A stretch of 64,000 nt of DNA from Ascidiella aspersa. Lineage: Eukaryota. The notes beneath the pieces were generated by a model that saw nothing but the letters and a program-made list of their open reading frames with translations, was not told the origin of the DNA and did no database searches. The DNA lies in the NCBI GenBank assembly GCA_963924565.1, contig OZ004615.1, positions 6,200,001 through 6,264,000 of the forward strand, written 5' to 3'. Positions 1 through 11,800 of this stretch are shown piece by piece (within the stretch, counting starts at the first letter, position 1; each line of letters starts with the position of its first letter). The position numbers and the translations under genes were made by a program.

Positions 1-37
1 CAAATGCCCCTGGACGGGAAAATTGTCGTCGTTTCAG

Positions 38-3000
38 GTTTTGGTGCCGGCCTGGCCGTTTTCTCGGCGAGCAGCGGCATAAACTACTACTTTTCGCGCA
101 ACCGGGCTTTGGCGGAGGGTGTTTCGGGCGGCGGCCTTGGTCTTGGAATGTTCACCTTTTCCTACGTGCTTCAGGTGCTCAGCAATAACTTCACGTGGCG
201 GGTAAGTATACATAGTTGTCAAAAGTGTTCAAATAGATGTCGAGTTTGTGGCAGGGCTGCGGAGTCGGGTTAAAGTAACTCGTGTCCGACTCTCTCGACC
301 AAATAAGTAAACCCGACTACGGCCAAATGTGCGATTTCGTCGAGCCCCGAGTCCGGTTCCGACTGTACAGCCTGTACTTCACCCATTTATAGAACTAAAA
401 TAAGGCGGATAATCAGAATTCCACTCATGGGGGCGTCATATAACTCATCCATCTACAATATTAGGTTAAAATTATACCACCTTTACAATTTACAGTTTAA
501 GGCCTTATCAGTTTCGACATTTGGAACTGCGCATGCACACGGCGAACGCGGGACTCGTGTAGTCTTACATGGTCTTGCACGGGTCCCGAGTTCGACTATA
601 CGCAGCCCTGGTTTACAGTAGGGCGATAACCTCGCATGTCGTCTGAGAAACATGCCATGCCCTTCATGAATTTCAGGGTCCACTTTTCTTGATGGCATCG
701 GTTTTATATCGGTCGTCCCTATATTAACACGAGAAGCACTGCCTGTATCTAAAATATGGTAGCAACTTAATATCACTGTTGCACTAAAAGTATAATATTT
801 CAAACCACCTTTACCCTTGCAAAAAGATATACAAACCTTATCGAATTCAGATATACTGGCGATGCCCTTGCTGGCAAAATAAATATATATTTTTAAATAT
901 CGTTGCAAAGTGTATTACTTTAACTAGCATTGCTGGACCAATGTACTGCAACCCAATATCATTGCCAATTATGTACAATTGTGGTGAGTGTCTCCGGTAA
1001 TTTGTAATTGGACGTTGCAAACTCACAGCATTCCTGTTTAGCCTATATAGAAACGTAATTGTGATAATCGAGGCTTCGTGCTGTCTCAATCTTTAGATGC
1101 TATTTTAATATGGTGGCTTGGCCAGGAAAAACGTTAATTACGACTCGAAATGTTTCTAAACAGCGCAATGTTTTTGTCATGGGTATTGCTTCTGGGTAAT
1201 CGATAATTTATTCTGTCGGTTAGGCCGGGGAATATGCAATAGTAACCCGATGCTACATTCTGTCGGTTATTTGTTCACGTGCCAAGGATGTGTGTAATAA
1301 AAATGCTTATCTAAACGTCCTTAAATGGTTAACTTTAATGGTTGCTGTAAGGTCTACTAATGCCACTTTATTCTGCTCATTAGCCCGGTAAATAGACAAT
1401 AATAACTACGATCCCTTATTTTACCAGTTATTTTTCCGGCTCGACAGGCGATAGGCGTTAATGATCTTAAACTTTATTCAGCTGTTTCGGTCGATAAAAA
1501 CACATTAGAAAAAATAATAACGCATACTTGTTTCTAAACATGACCAACTTGCGATATCCAAGGGTGCCATGCTGCTGTCAGGGGCGATTAGCCTCCACAC
1601 TTCAATCTGCGGCATATTTCTTATCCCTTCCAATCTAATCGCGAAACACCCGTTCAACCGATTTGCCGCAAACATTCAAATACCGGCCGCTCCAGATGAC
1701 GGCTCTGACATAGAAGAGAGTCCTAGAGCCACTATCAGTAAAGAAGAAGAAAAAGACGAGCGTCTGCCCCAAAGGGAGGGGTTCTTTCGGCGGTCCTTTG
1801 CCCTTTGGAAGAATCCGATTTTTCTCCTAATCCTCGTGATGGACTTTATTTCGTGGATTGCTCTCTACGTTCCCTATGTTCATCTTATTGAACGCGCAAG
1901 GTACATAAACACTCAGGCGTTTTTTTCTCTACTTTTTTTGTCGTTACTTGTTAACAAAATGCCAATGTTTTTTTTTTACCTTGAAGAAACATTTTCAGTG
2001 CACTTTTCACGTTGCGCAAGGGCATCTGTATTATATCTGACGTTTCTATTATCGACACGAAAAGCTCTTCCTGTATCTAAAATTACATTCCCAGGCTGGT
2101 TGATGTTACTTTTTTATTGTCCTTACTCCTGAGGCCAGATGGATTTTAATGAACCCTTTTGGTTCAATGTGGCAAAATATTAAAAATATTTGTCCTGCAG
2201 TCCATTAAACATGAATAACATTACAACATAAAAGTGCATTCCAGTTCAGTACTTTTTGTTCAGTAGGCTAATGCTACATTTGCTTTTCCGTATTTGAAGA
2301 AGTCATTATGTATATTTGCTAAAGTTTTCTCCTTTAAATTGGTAAAACTAAAACCGTTAAATTGTCAAGTATTTTGAATAAGAACACTGATTTAACGCAT
2401 AAAATCACTGTAGGTTTAGAAGAGTGTGCTCCAAAAAAACATCACTAAATGCAACAGGGTACTATCCCTACGATTTAACCGTGGGTAGTACGATACATAG
2501 CCTCACTTGTACGACCATAAAGTGACGCTCTGGTAAACCATACAGATATAGGCTATGTCATCAGAGTTGTGAAACAAAAAGGTCTGTGACAATTAGGGCA
2601 TCCAAGGACCAAAAAGTGTGATATTTAAAAATCGTGAAAAATGCACTAATTGAACCTTTTAGGAAAGCCTCAGGCATACATAAAATGAAAATATTGGCTG
2701 AATATTGACAAAACAAAACAAAAAACAGGGATATAAATTTAATAATACTCCCTCTCGAACCCAAACGCTAACCTGCTTTCCAACCCAAAATAATGTGCGT
2801 TGTTTTAATGAATATTTTAACGTAGGGGAAAAAGCCTAAACTCGGGTGGGCAACAAAATAATCTTTCGTTCAGGTTTTATAACGTTGTTACGTCACACAT
2901 TGATGTGTTAATGCCACCCTAAAAAGTTTATATAGTTATTAAATCAACGTACATTAGTTAGGTTAGTGTGCTGGCTAGCGTTTGGGTTCGGGTGGTTCAA

Positions 3001-6000
3001 GTATTAATAAATTTAATCTTCCAATGCCGATTTGCAAAGTTAAAACAGTGCATTGCCACGACCTCCAAATCCAAAAGTCAGACTTTTCGACACTTTGATG
3101 CCCTAATTGTCGTAGGCCTACACATTTTTACTTAGAACTGCATCAATTTCTGACGTTCAGGGTGGCACTTTTATATCGGGTTTTTGTTATTACAATTTTG
3201 CTATACACTTACTATTGACTGTACGACAAAGGCGACGATTTCTGTTTACCCTGCAGACAACAAGGGGTAGAGCCTAACCTGGCATCCTGGCTGTCTTCAG
3301 CTTGTGGAATAGCGAGTGTGTTCGGGAGACCTTTCACGGGCTTCATTTGCAGCTATTTCAAGCTTAATCCTCTCTGGACTTACTTTACAATGCAGGTGAG
3401 GACGTTCAAAGTAGGCTTGTGCTATTTTACTTTGTTTCTTACGGATTTTTTGCCTTAAAATGCTGAACGTTAACATAAACCGTTTATCACTAGTCAGAGC
3501 AATTATCATCGATTTTTCACAATATTGTCTTGGAGTCAAGGACATTAAACAAGGTATATTCCCAGAAATTTTATCTCTCGAGCTTTTTCTGGCGATATGT
3601 GAAACAAAGTAAGCTACTCTTACTTAGTCTTTTTTCACCGGAGTTGTTGTGGTTTTTGTTTGAAGCAGTGTTTTTCTCTAAGCTGCGCACCAGCGCAAAT
3701 TGCGACACATAGGATTACAAATTATATTAGAATTAGAATTACCGAATCATTAAAAAAACGAATTTGAAATAGAATTACATTTAGTTAGTCACAATTAATT
3801 TCATTTAAATCCCGAATTGTTTTCATTGGAGCATGGTTAATATGCGTGTGCTAATTCCTATGCCTTTTAGCTTAGCATATGTGCTTTTCATACTGTACAA
3901 ATTACATACAAGTCGTTCCAACTGAAGAGTTTTACTTCAAATTCTTTGTTGTGATCAAGATAATGAAAAAGCCGTAGGACAAAGAAGCATTTTTGGTATA
4001 ATCCGAATTAGATTAGAACTAGAATTAGAACTAGTAAATAGAGCCCGCAAACAATTAACAAACTAGATTAGATGTAATCTTTCTGCTTTAATTCATTGCA
4101 TTAGGAAACTATAATTACCTAGTTGTCCAAGTCTGCCATGTACAATAAGGCTAAGACCTAAAACTCCGTAATTAGCCCTTAACCGCCTTTCTGTAGAGCT
4201 GAAGTGCAATTTTGGTCTTTCTGGCCGCGCAATTTTTAAACCCATTATACGGCCGGCGCTATGAATACAAGACAATGTAGGCCTATTCGTGAGAGCAAGC
4301 CTAAAAAATCAAACCGCAAATTGCGCATTCGCTTCACATGGCCACCGCCGCGAATCTGTTTGGCAACCAAAGTAAAGCTATTGCTAAAAATTCATTGTAT
4401 GTGTGTTGCAAACCTTGCCAATCTATTAGTTTAACCGTTTCGGGGCCGCATATAATCTAGAATCCAGCCATAATCACCGACAATTGGAAAACTTCGCCAG
4501 CTCCGCTCGGTTTAATTGGCTTAATGATATTGATATGCATAATGTTTTTTCATATCGCTTTTTAACTCAGTTTACCTTTTAAGTAAACAGGGTGCATGAG
4601 TTCGTCACAGCAACTTTAAGGGTTCACCAAACCGAAAAAAGTTGAAGAGCACTGGCGTAGATTTTATCTAAGTCGCTTAAATATTTGACATTCGTGTTAG
4701 GTATTTTGCTCCTTATTCAAGTGTTTGTTCTTTCAGATGATACTCGGCGTCGGAACGCTGCTCAGCCCTTTCTGGTCGGACATATACGGCCTGTTCGCGA
4801 TCGCCATACTGGTGGGCTTTCTTAGCAACAGCTATGGGATGATAAAGGCAAGCACGGCCCGCATACTGGGCATGGAACGTTTTGTGGACGCATATAGCTG
4901 GATGATGCTGTTCGAAGGGATTGGAATATGTGCGGGGCCTGTTATTGCTGGTAGGTTTGCTTGCGAGTTATTTCTGCATTAATAATTAAAACGAAGCCGG
5001 CCCTAAAAGTCCAGCGTGTCCAACAGCACGAATAAGACTCAGTTTACTCGCTGTTTTCGGGTTCAAAACAGTTATTTTGTGTTAAACGCCGATTTTTTTA
5101 GCTTGTAGATTGTGGAACGCTTTATACTTCTATCGTTTAAAAAACGAAACCTCCAACGGATTAATAGGCCTGTTTAGCTAAAGGAGTAGGCTAAGCGTCG
5201 TTTTGCCTAGTTTCATAGGATATATAAGTATTGCCTAAAAATAGGTATAGTAAAATTCTGTTGATATATATACCTTTCCGCGATGTGGTACGGGTGTTTT
5301 ATATCTTGAGTATTTATTATATAAAGCGGCATATAAAATCTATTTTAATACAGCCTCTTTCGAGTGTTTTATATCTTGAGTAGGCCTATTTATTAAATAA
5401 AGCGGCATGTAAAATCTATTTTAATACAGCCTTTTACGAGTAGGCAATTAGGATAAAGCATTAACCCAGCATCGAGCCTAAATCCTTTAGGATTTTTTTC
5501 CTAAAATTAAATTTCAATAAAACGTGGATCTTTGTCCACGTGATCTACGTCTAGACCAGCAGTGCTTCTAATCTAAACCTTATTTCGCGATGACACCTAT
5601 ACGAAGTGTAAGGTTAACGGCGAAGGTTTGGTGAGCCAATTGTCTTTTTTCAACGGAGCTTTATCTGCGCAAACAAACCATAGGACAATCATTATTAATT
5701 TCGAATTTAATTAATATGACCTTTTAATTAGCGATGACCTTTTAATTAGCCTATTATAAGCCAATTTGCTCAAATTTTTTGAGCAATCTTGCTTAGAACT
5801 AGTCTCAACAATTCTAATGATATAAAACTGTCCAGTCGGCGATCCAACCAAATCAGGCAACAACACCTGGGTTGTGAATAACTGTTCTAGACAATTAAGA
5901 CCAATTTACTTCTTTATAGCCCAATCTTTAGGTTGATCCGATATGGCCAAGAAGGCATTTGATACTAATTATTTCGCAGTATCTCTTGTGTCAAACCTTA

Positions 6001-6189
6001 TACGCCTTGTCTACCTTTTCAGGGGTTATTTTTGACGCGACACAGTCGTACAACCTAACCTTCCACTTTTCGGGATCGCTTCTTGTGCTCTCCGCTCTCA
6101 TGTGCTTTCTCAAATCGCCCACCGAGAAGTTAAACCGTCGACTTACCAGAAATAAACTGGGGTTGGATCAGCAGACTGGTGCAATGTGA
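38..6189 (+). CDS. SLC16/monocarboxylate-transporter-family MFS protein, 5'-truncated by the window edge. Exons 38-201, 1563-1900, 3257-3395, 4737-4950, 6023-6189.
   Basis: GT-AG junctions with consistent phases give a continuous ORF to TGA at 6187-6189. SLC16 motifs: YF.RNRALAEG...GG.GLG, WRGAMLL.G, central loop then LWKNPIF, YVPYVHL, GIASVFGRP, GPVIAGVIFDATQSY. The paralogue cannot be assigned. Confidence 0.9.
2558..3153. mobile_element. Foldback/MITE-like element with long degenerate inverted arms in an SLC16 intron
   Basis: ACAATTAGGGCATC...AAATTTAATAATAC...CGAACCCAAACGCTA (~2589-2770) is mirrored by TAGCGTTTGGGTTCG...GTATTAATAAATTT...GATGCCCTAATTGT (~2976-3110). Confidence 0.65.
3715..4135. 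mobile_element. Truncated copy of the TTAGAA-rich hAT-like MITE (complete copy at 57028-57531)
   Basis: Colinear similarity to 57155-57531; ends in the same terminus CTAGTTGTCCAAGTCTG. Confidence 0.75.
5294..5441. repeat. Tandem duplication, about 70-75 bp x2
   Basis: GTGTTTTATATCTTGAGTA...TAAAGCGGCAT.TAAAATCTATTTTAATACAGCCT occurs twice head to tail. Confidence 0.8.
5557..5884. mobile_element. Non-autonomous hAT (Buster-type) MITE
   Basis: CAG...CTG ends; flanks GTCTAGAC / TTCTAGAC (7/8 TSD). Confidence 0.6.
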
Positions 6190-6859
6190 AACAACATGGA
6201 AAATTGCCGATGGTGGAAGCGGATGTGTTATCTTTTTATTTTAAAGATCAAGTAGAAACAATATTTATAAACGGTTTAAAAAAAATCAAGCGTACTGGTA
6301 CTTGCGTTTATATTTGAAAGCAGTGTTTTCTTTTTACCTTCTTCGTTTTTTGCTCATCATGACCCGCACAATACATAGCTGAAAAGCCTTAAAGCTTACC
6401 CATTTTACAATATTTTTACCCTACGCTTGCGGAAACTTTGTGAAAGTAAGCAAAAACAGTGCAACGATTAATACGCAATAGCACAACGTCACTATTCGTA
6501 AAGTTACAAGGAAGATTTTTTAAACTTACGGTTAACATTGGAGGATATATTTTAAATTTACGTTTAATTCTAAAGTGTTTTTTCCGAACTACTTTGTGTG
6601 GAGACTTTGTCCCATGTTTTTTTTTATATGCCTTGTTATAAATAAGACTGCCTTCTTGCAGGCTTTGAGCTTTTTAACGTGAATATTGTATTAGATATTA
6701 CTAATGTGCCTATACTGCCTACTTATGTAATAGTCGCGTGCGCCGTACGTATTTATTCAATAAATATCAAAATCGGTGGTGAGTACATTAAATAAAGTCA
6801 AGTCAGTCATAAAATAGTCTTGTCGAAAAAATAACAAGTAGGCTAAAGCAAGTCGCATT

Positions 6860-7019
6860 TGTAGTGTTTTATAATGTGCCGGTTACCATTTCGTGTCGTC
6901 TGTTACATGAACTGTTGTGTACATAAGTATTCTACCTAGCGTGTGCTGAAGTTGTGCTGCGTAATTGACAGCAACGTAATAAATTTGTTTGAATCCCTAA
7001 AAGCGTGAGTGAGGCTACA
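6860..7019 (+). mobile_element. Short solo LTR (160 bp)
   Basis: TGTAG...CTACA termini, perfect 5-bp TSD GCATT (6855-6859, 7020-7024), AATAAA at 6978-6983; interrupts an AAGTCA-rich MITE. Confidence 0.7.
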
Positions 7020-7226
7020 GCATTCAAGTCAAGTTCTTATCAAAAAAGTAAAGCGTTAAACTATTAAAACTGGTAAACTCGTCCGAATATGAGCAAAAAC
7101 TCCATACACGCAACTGTCCCAACTTATAGCAAACAAATTGTTTTACGTGCAAAAATTAGGCTAAGATAAATAACCCAATTTTATGAAAAAATTGCTTAAT
7201 GAAAACATTAATTTTAACCAAAGTAA

Positions 7227-7600
7227 TGTAGCATTTAGCCTACTTTGACGTCACTACACACGTGACCGTTGTCCACTGAAGTGTGATCGCAGCGCCTATA
7301 TCCAACTGCTTTCTGCATTCATTCTACCTTATGCATCGTACTTAAAATGTCTTACTGATTAGCGACTTGAATCACCGCTTCGTTACATCGTTGTGTTTCA
7401 GAGATTTCCGAATATACTCAACGCGCAATTATCTGCTGAGTGGATCGACTTTTCCTAAAATTCAAGAATTAAGGACAGGTATTTAGCGGCCTATTCCTCT
7501 GGAGTCAGATTAAGAACAATTGTAAGAGACTAAGGCAGCCGTCGGCTCTCGTATACAGGTTCAGCGCCTACTTTCCCCTAACTACAGCCCTCTCTTCGCT
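7227..7600 (-). mobile_element. Probable 3' LTR remnant with polypurine tract
   Basis: On the minus strand, purine-rich AGCGAAGAGAGGGC (7600-7587) is followed directly by TGTAG...CTACA (7586-7227). No clean TSD. Confidence 0.4.
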
Positions 7601-8855
7601 AAAGTAATCGGCCAAGTCAAGTGATTACAACACTGAAATGTCGCCTTCTAGGTGGCATTAAAATGTTTCGGACTTTTTCGTTTGCACTTATTCATCAGGT
7701 GGTTGACGTGCCTTGTATAAGCAACTGAGCTCGGTCGTGGTCAAAAAGTAAAACGTAATTTTGAAAACCAAACTTTTTTGATTAGCCTAGCACAAATATT
7801 TTATGCTTAAAAGAAAAGTTCGTGGTGTTAAACGAAATCCCGTATGCAAGCGAATACGGCTCATCAAGCCAAACAAAAAAATCTAACGGATTTCAGCAAA
7901 GAAATGGCCTAATGGATATATTGCAGTTACATTTTTTTTTACATTTTCTTGCTGCTGCTTTCCAAATTAATTAAAAACTACTTCTTCCTTAACCGAAACC
8001 GAAGACTCACCGAACTTGTATTGCAAACACCAACAACACGAGAACATACAGCAGAGTTCAAAATCCATTTAGCCCACATTTCTTGGAAGTTCGTTGCTAA
8101 TTCGGCGGGGCGAGGACTCGCCATTTGTAACATCACGTATTTTAACGCTTAATATGACCACGTTGGGTACAATAATCAAAATAGCATCTGTAAAGCCTAA
8201 TGTAAATGCACAAAGAACCACGCTCAATCTCATTACAATTTAAGGAGTTGCTTGCTAAGCAATCTGTCTACAGCGATAGAAATTTACCAGTATGCAGGGT
8301 GCAGGCGTTTGGTGAGCCATGAAGCAGGTAATTCTTCGTTTAAGCTTTCCGCAAATTTGGTGAACTGTGTTTATATTTGCTACTACAGGGATTAGAAGAG
8401 TTGTATTGTTTTGAACTCTCTATGCTCCACAAAGAGAAAAACCGAGGTTACTTTAATAAACTGTCGGAAATCAGCAAAGTAACTCCGGGCAAAACGTTCC
8501 GCACTTCCAACAAAACATCACTCATTGTTGTACTTTATAAAAGTAATCGCTGCACTGCAAAAACAGCAGACTAAATACAGTTTGAAAGTTGTCGTCATGC
8601 ATAAGCTTGTATCTTTAAAAATGACGCCACACGTTGATTTTACGCGTGACGTCACCGAGCCTAAATTAATTGTGACGTCACGGGTCGCCGACGAGCGCGT
8701 GACGTCATTATTATCGTCGTAAAATTCACTTTGTAAGCTTGGGTTGCGCGGCGCAACCGATTGGTTTACCGAGTCGCGCTTTCTTATAATACAAATGACG
8801 TCACGCATCCGGTGACGTCATCATGATGGATCGAGCGAGGCGCGTGTGACGTACA

Positions 8856-11800
8856 TTATACGTCAAGGTCTGCTAATTCGTCCTCTAAATCGTCCAGGTC
8901 TTCAGTGAAGAGGTTCTCGTCCACGGCAACGTCCTCCTCCTCCTTTGCGGCGCTCCCGTTGGAAAGTCCGGAGGATTCGGGAGCGGAGGCGGCGTCTCCT
9001 CCTGCGATGCCACTCGTGGAAGGGGACTCGGAGGCTGTAACGAGTAATAGCTTTTGACGGGTTTCATATGGTAGACAGAGTAAATTCTATATAATCAAAA
9101 CGCCACACCTGTTATAGGTAAACAACTAAACATATTTTTTTCAATTTACCTCCGGGACAAGGATAACTCATCATGTGCTTTTAATTCTCGCTGGTTGGCT
9201 TTTCAAAAACTTATAGGTTCATTTTACAGCATTACCAAAATTACAGCATGCAGCTAAGGAACCACTGCCCACAAGTATCGGACAAGTAGCGATACAATAC
9301 TTATGACCTTGGCTACCGATATTAACTATCGGACACGACATAAAGCTGTAGTATTAGACGAGTGCCGAAACTGCGAGATCCAAACCTGTCAGGGATCCAA
9401 ACCCCGCCTGTTTGCCAGCATTCGGATATCTTAAATATAAAGCTTGAAAACAAGAGGAGACAGCTCACCAGGTTGATCCTTTATTCTGTCGGGAGCGGCC
9501 TGAGTCCCGGAGGCGTCGACCTCTGTTGGTATGAACATGCCTTCTGAAACTCCAACCACGTTGACATCCGACTCCTGTTCGTCTTTTTCCTCCCTTTTGT
9601 AACTATCAGACCAGGAAGAGAAAAGAAGAACACTTCAATTAAACCCATGAAAGATACACCCATTAATAGCAACTGTTATCTAGCCCTTTGGAAGCTGCGA
9701 TTTAACCAACGATTAGGGCTTCCATATCATTATAGTACACTAAAAAGCCATCGCAGACTCGCCGAATCTGTCGATCAATGATGCAAGCAGGACATGCCAG
9801 AAAAACAACTAGTCTGCGGTAAAGTTCGAACTCATGACCTCCAGTCATGCCGGGACCGTCGCTCTACCAACTGAGCTACAAAGGCTCAGAGAGGAGCGAG
9901 TCGAGATACGCCAATGGTTGCTTAATTAAACCATTGTAAAGAGCATATGTCCGATAATAGGTTTGTGTCAATTAGGGTTTCCAATAGGGATGTGCGATAA
10001 TGTCGAATCAGAGCCAAAACCCGATGCCAAGTAGTAGTTTCGGTACTAGTACGATACTAGGGTGTGCTGATCCGATACCAAAATAGATAGTACAGGAATT
10101 TCAGACTTGATTTGCGAACCAATGCAGCGATTTTATTTTTAAAATTAAACTTATCAAAACACAGTAGGTTAACAACAGCATGCAACCAAGCTTCAAAAAA
10201 AAAAAAAAAAACGCTAAAGCAAATTTTGGCCTAATAACCTAGAGAAAAATATCTATTAGCATTTAAATTTAGTCTTTTGCCTATTTGAGCATAGTAATGA
10301 CGTCATTTGGTATCCGATCGTATCGCAATATTTTTTCTCCTAATATCGGTCATCCGTATAAAATGTCAAGTATCGGACATCCCTATTTCGCAACAATTTC
10401 CTTTAATAATCCTGGGAATTTTGGGGATTTTTTTACACTCATGTGCTTTAAAATACTTTACGTGAAAAAAGGGAAATTAAAAGAGATTTTAAATGCCTCA
10501 CTGAACCAAATTGTATCAAACCTAAGAACACTACATAGAAGCCATGAAACAATTACAAAAAATGTTGGGGTTGATTTGAATATATTATATTAATCCAGTC
10601 TATGAAAGGGAATCGCGTATCAAAATAATCCTTGGACAAGGGTCAAGTAAATAATACTTTGACAAGGAATTCAGTTATTTTACAAATGACTGGTTTACAA
10701 CACTGGTAGGTGGTTCTGCATTTGCTCCAATGAGATCGCTTGCCATTAACCCACAGTATGAATATTTAGTGGCATGCATAGCAATTTTTTGCTACATATT
10801 GCTGACACGAATTCCAGAGCGTAAGGCATTGCTTCTGGGAGCGATATCACATGGATACAATTCGGGGACGTCATCACTCACCTGACGTCATCAGCGTCTG
10901 CGTCATCCTCTCCAACCATGTCGGGCTGAAACTCGAATACCTCCCGTCCGCTCACCTGTAAACAGCGAATCACGAGCGTCAACTACCAAGAACTGCTGAC
11001 AGCAAGGCGTACAGAAACTGGGTCAAGGTATAGCTGCTAAAGTAATAACTACCTACTCACTAAGGCAGTGATTCTCATACTTTTGTGGTTACGGCACCCC
11101 TTAAAAATAATAATTCGATTTTCGGCACCCCGACTGAAATTTTTGTTTGAGTAGTTCACTGAAATGTCACTATAAATGGAACTGGAACAACACGATCAAC
11201 TTAAAACATGTAGAAAAATGTCATTTGATATAATGGTCCTTGATCGTAAACAAATAGTTGTATCAAGAAGCTTACCAATTGAGCAAAAATCGGATTCTTA
11301 ACAATTCTAAAATAACTATCAGCACCCTTGACCATTAGAATTGACACACAAGGGCTCCGTGGCACCCTTGTTGAGAACCACTGCACTAAGGTAACGACTG
11401 ACGTTGAAACTTAAATTTAAAAAAAAAGGTAACGACTGACTGCTCAGAACAAAGTGAGTGCTGTGTTTTGGGCGTTGACGTAACTTTTTAACAGTGTATA
11501 AACGACAAAATTGTTTCATAGAGCTTAGACATAGCTTAATAGTGACGACTAGAGATGTTCAATAATATCGGATCAGGGCCAATATCCGATGCTGCGTGGT
11601 AGTATTGGTACTCTAAGAGTGGTATCTGTGCTTATACCAAATTAATATACGATTTTTAGCCATAATTTGCGATCAAAGAAGCGATTTCAATGCTGAAAGA
11701 TAAATAAATAAAAAAATACTAATTGGAGGTAACTAAACGTTAAAAGCGATTTTTGGCATGAAAACCTGAAGAAACATTTTCTGTAAAACAGAAAACTCAA

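Noticed and set aside
483-1089. Minus-strand ORF containing ILDTGSA, similar to a retropepsin active site
   Set aside because: Only a short motif; no intact zinc knuckle, RT motifs, PBS or flanking LTR could be seen. It may be a very decayed retroelement, which needs a translated search.
7660-7700. Minus-strand CTGATGA...CGAAAC, a possible second hammerhead
   Set aside because: Neither stem I nor stem II pairs.
9812-9885. Functional tRNA gene
   Set aside because: Mismatched acceptor and T stems and an atypical anticodon loop; the second copy lacks the anticodon arm.
10705-10860. Two hairpins resembling an H/ACA snoRNA in ZC3H15 intron 9
   Set aside because: No correctly placed H and ACA boxes on the host strand.
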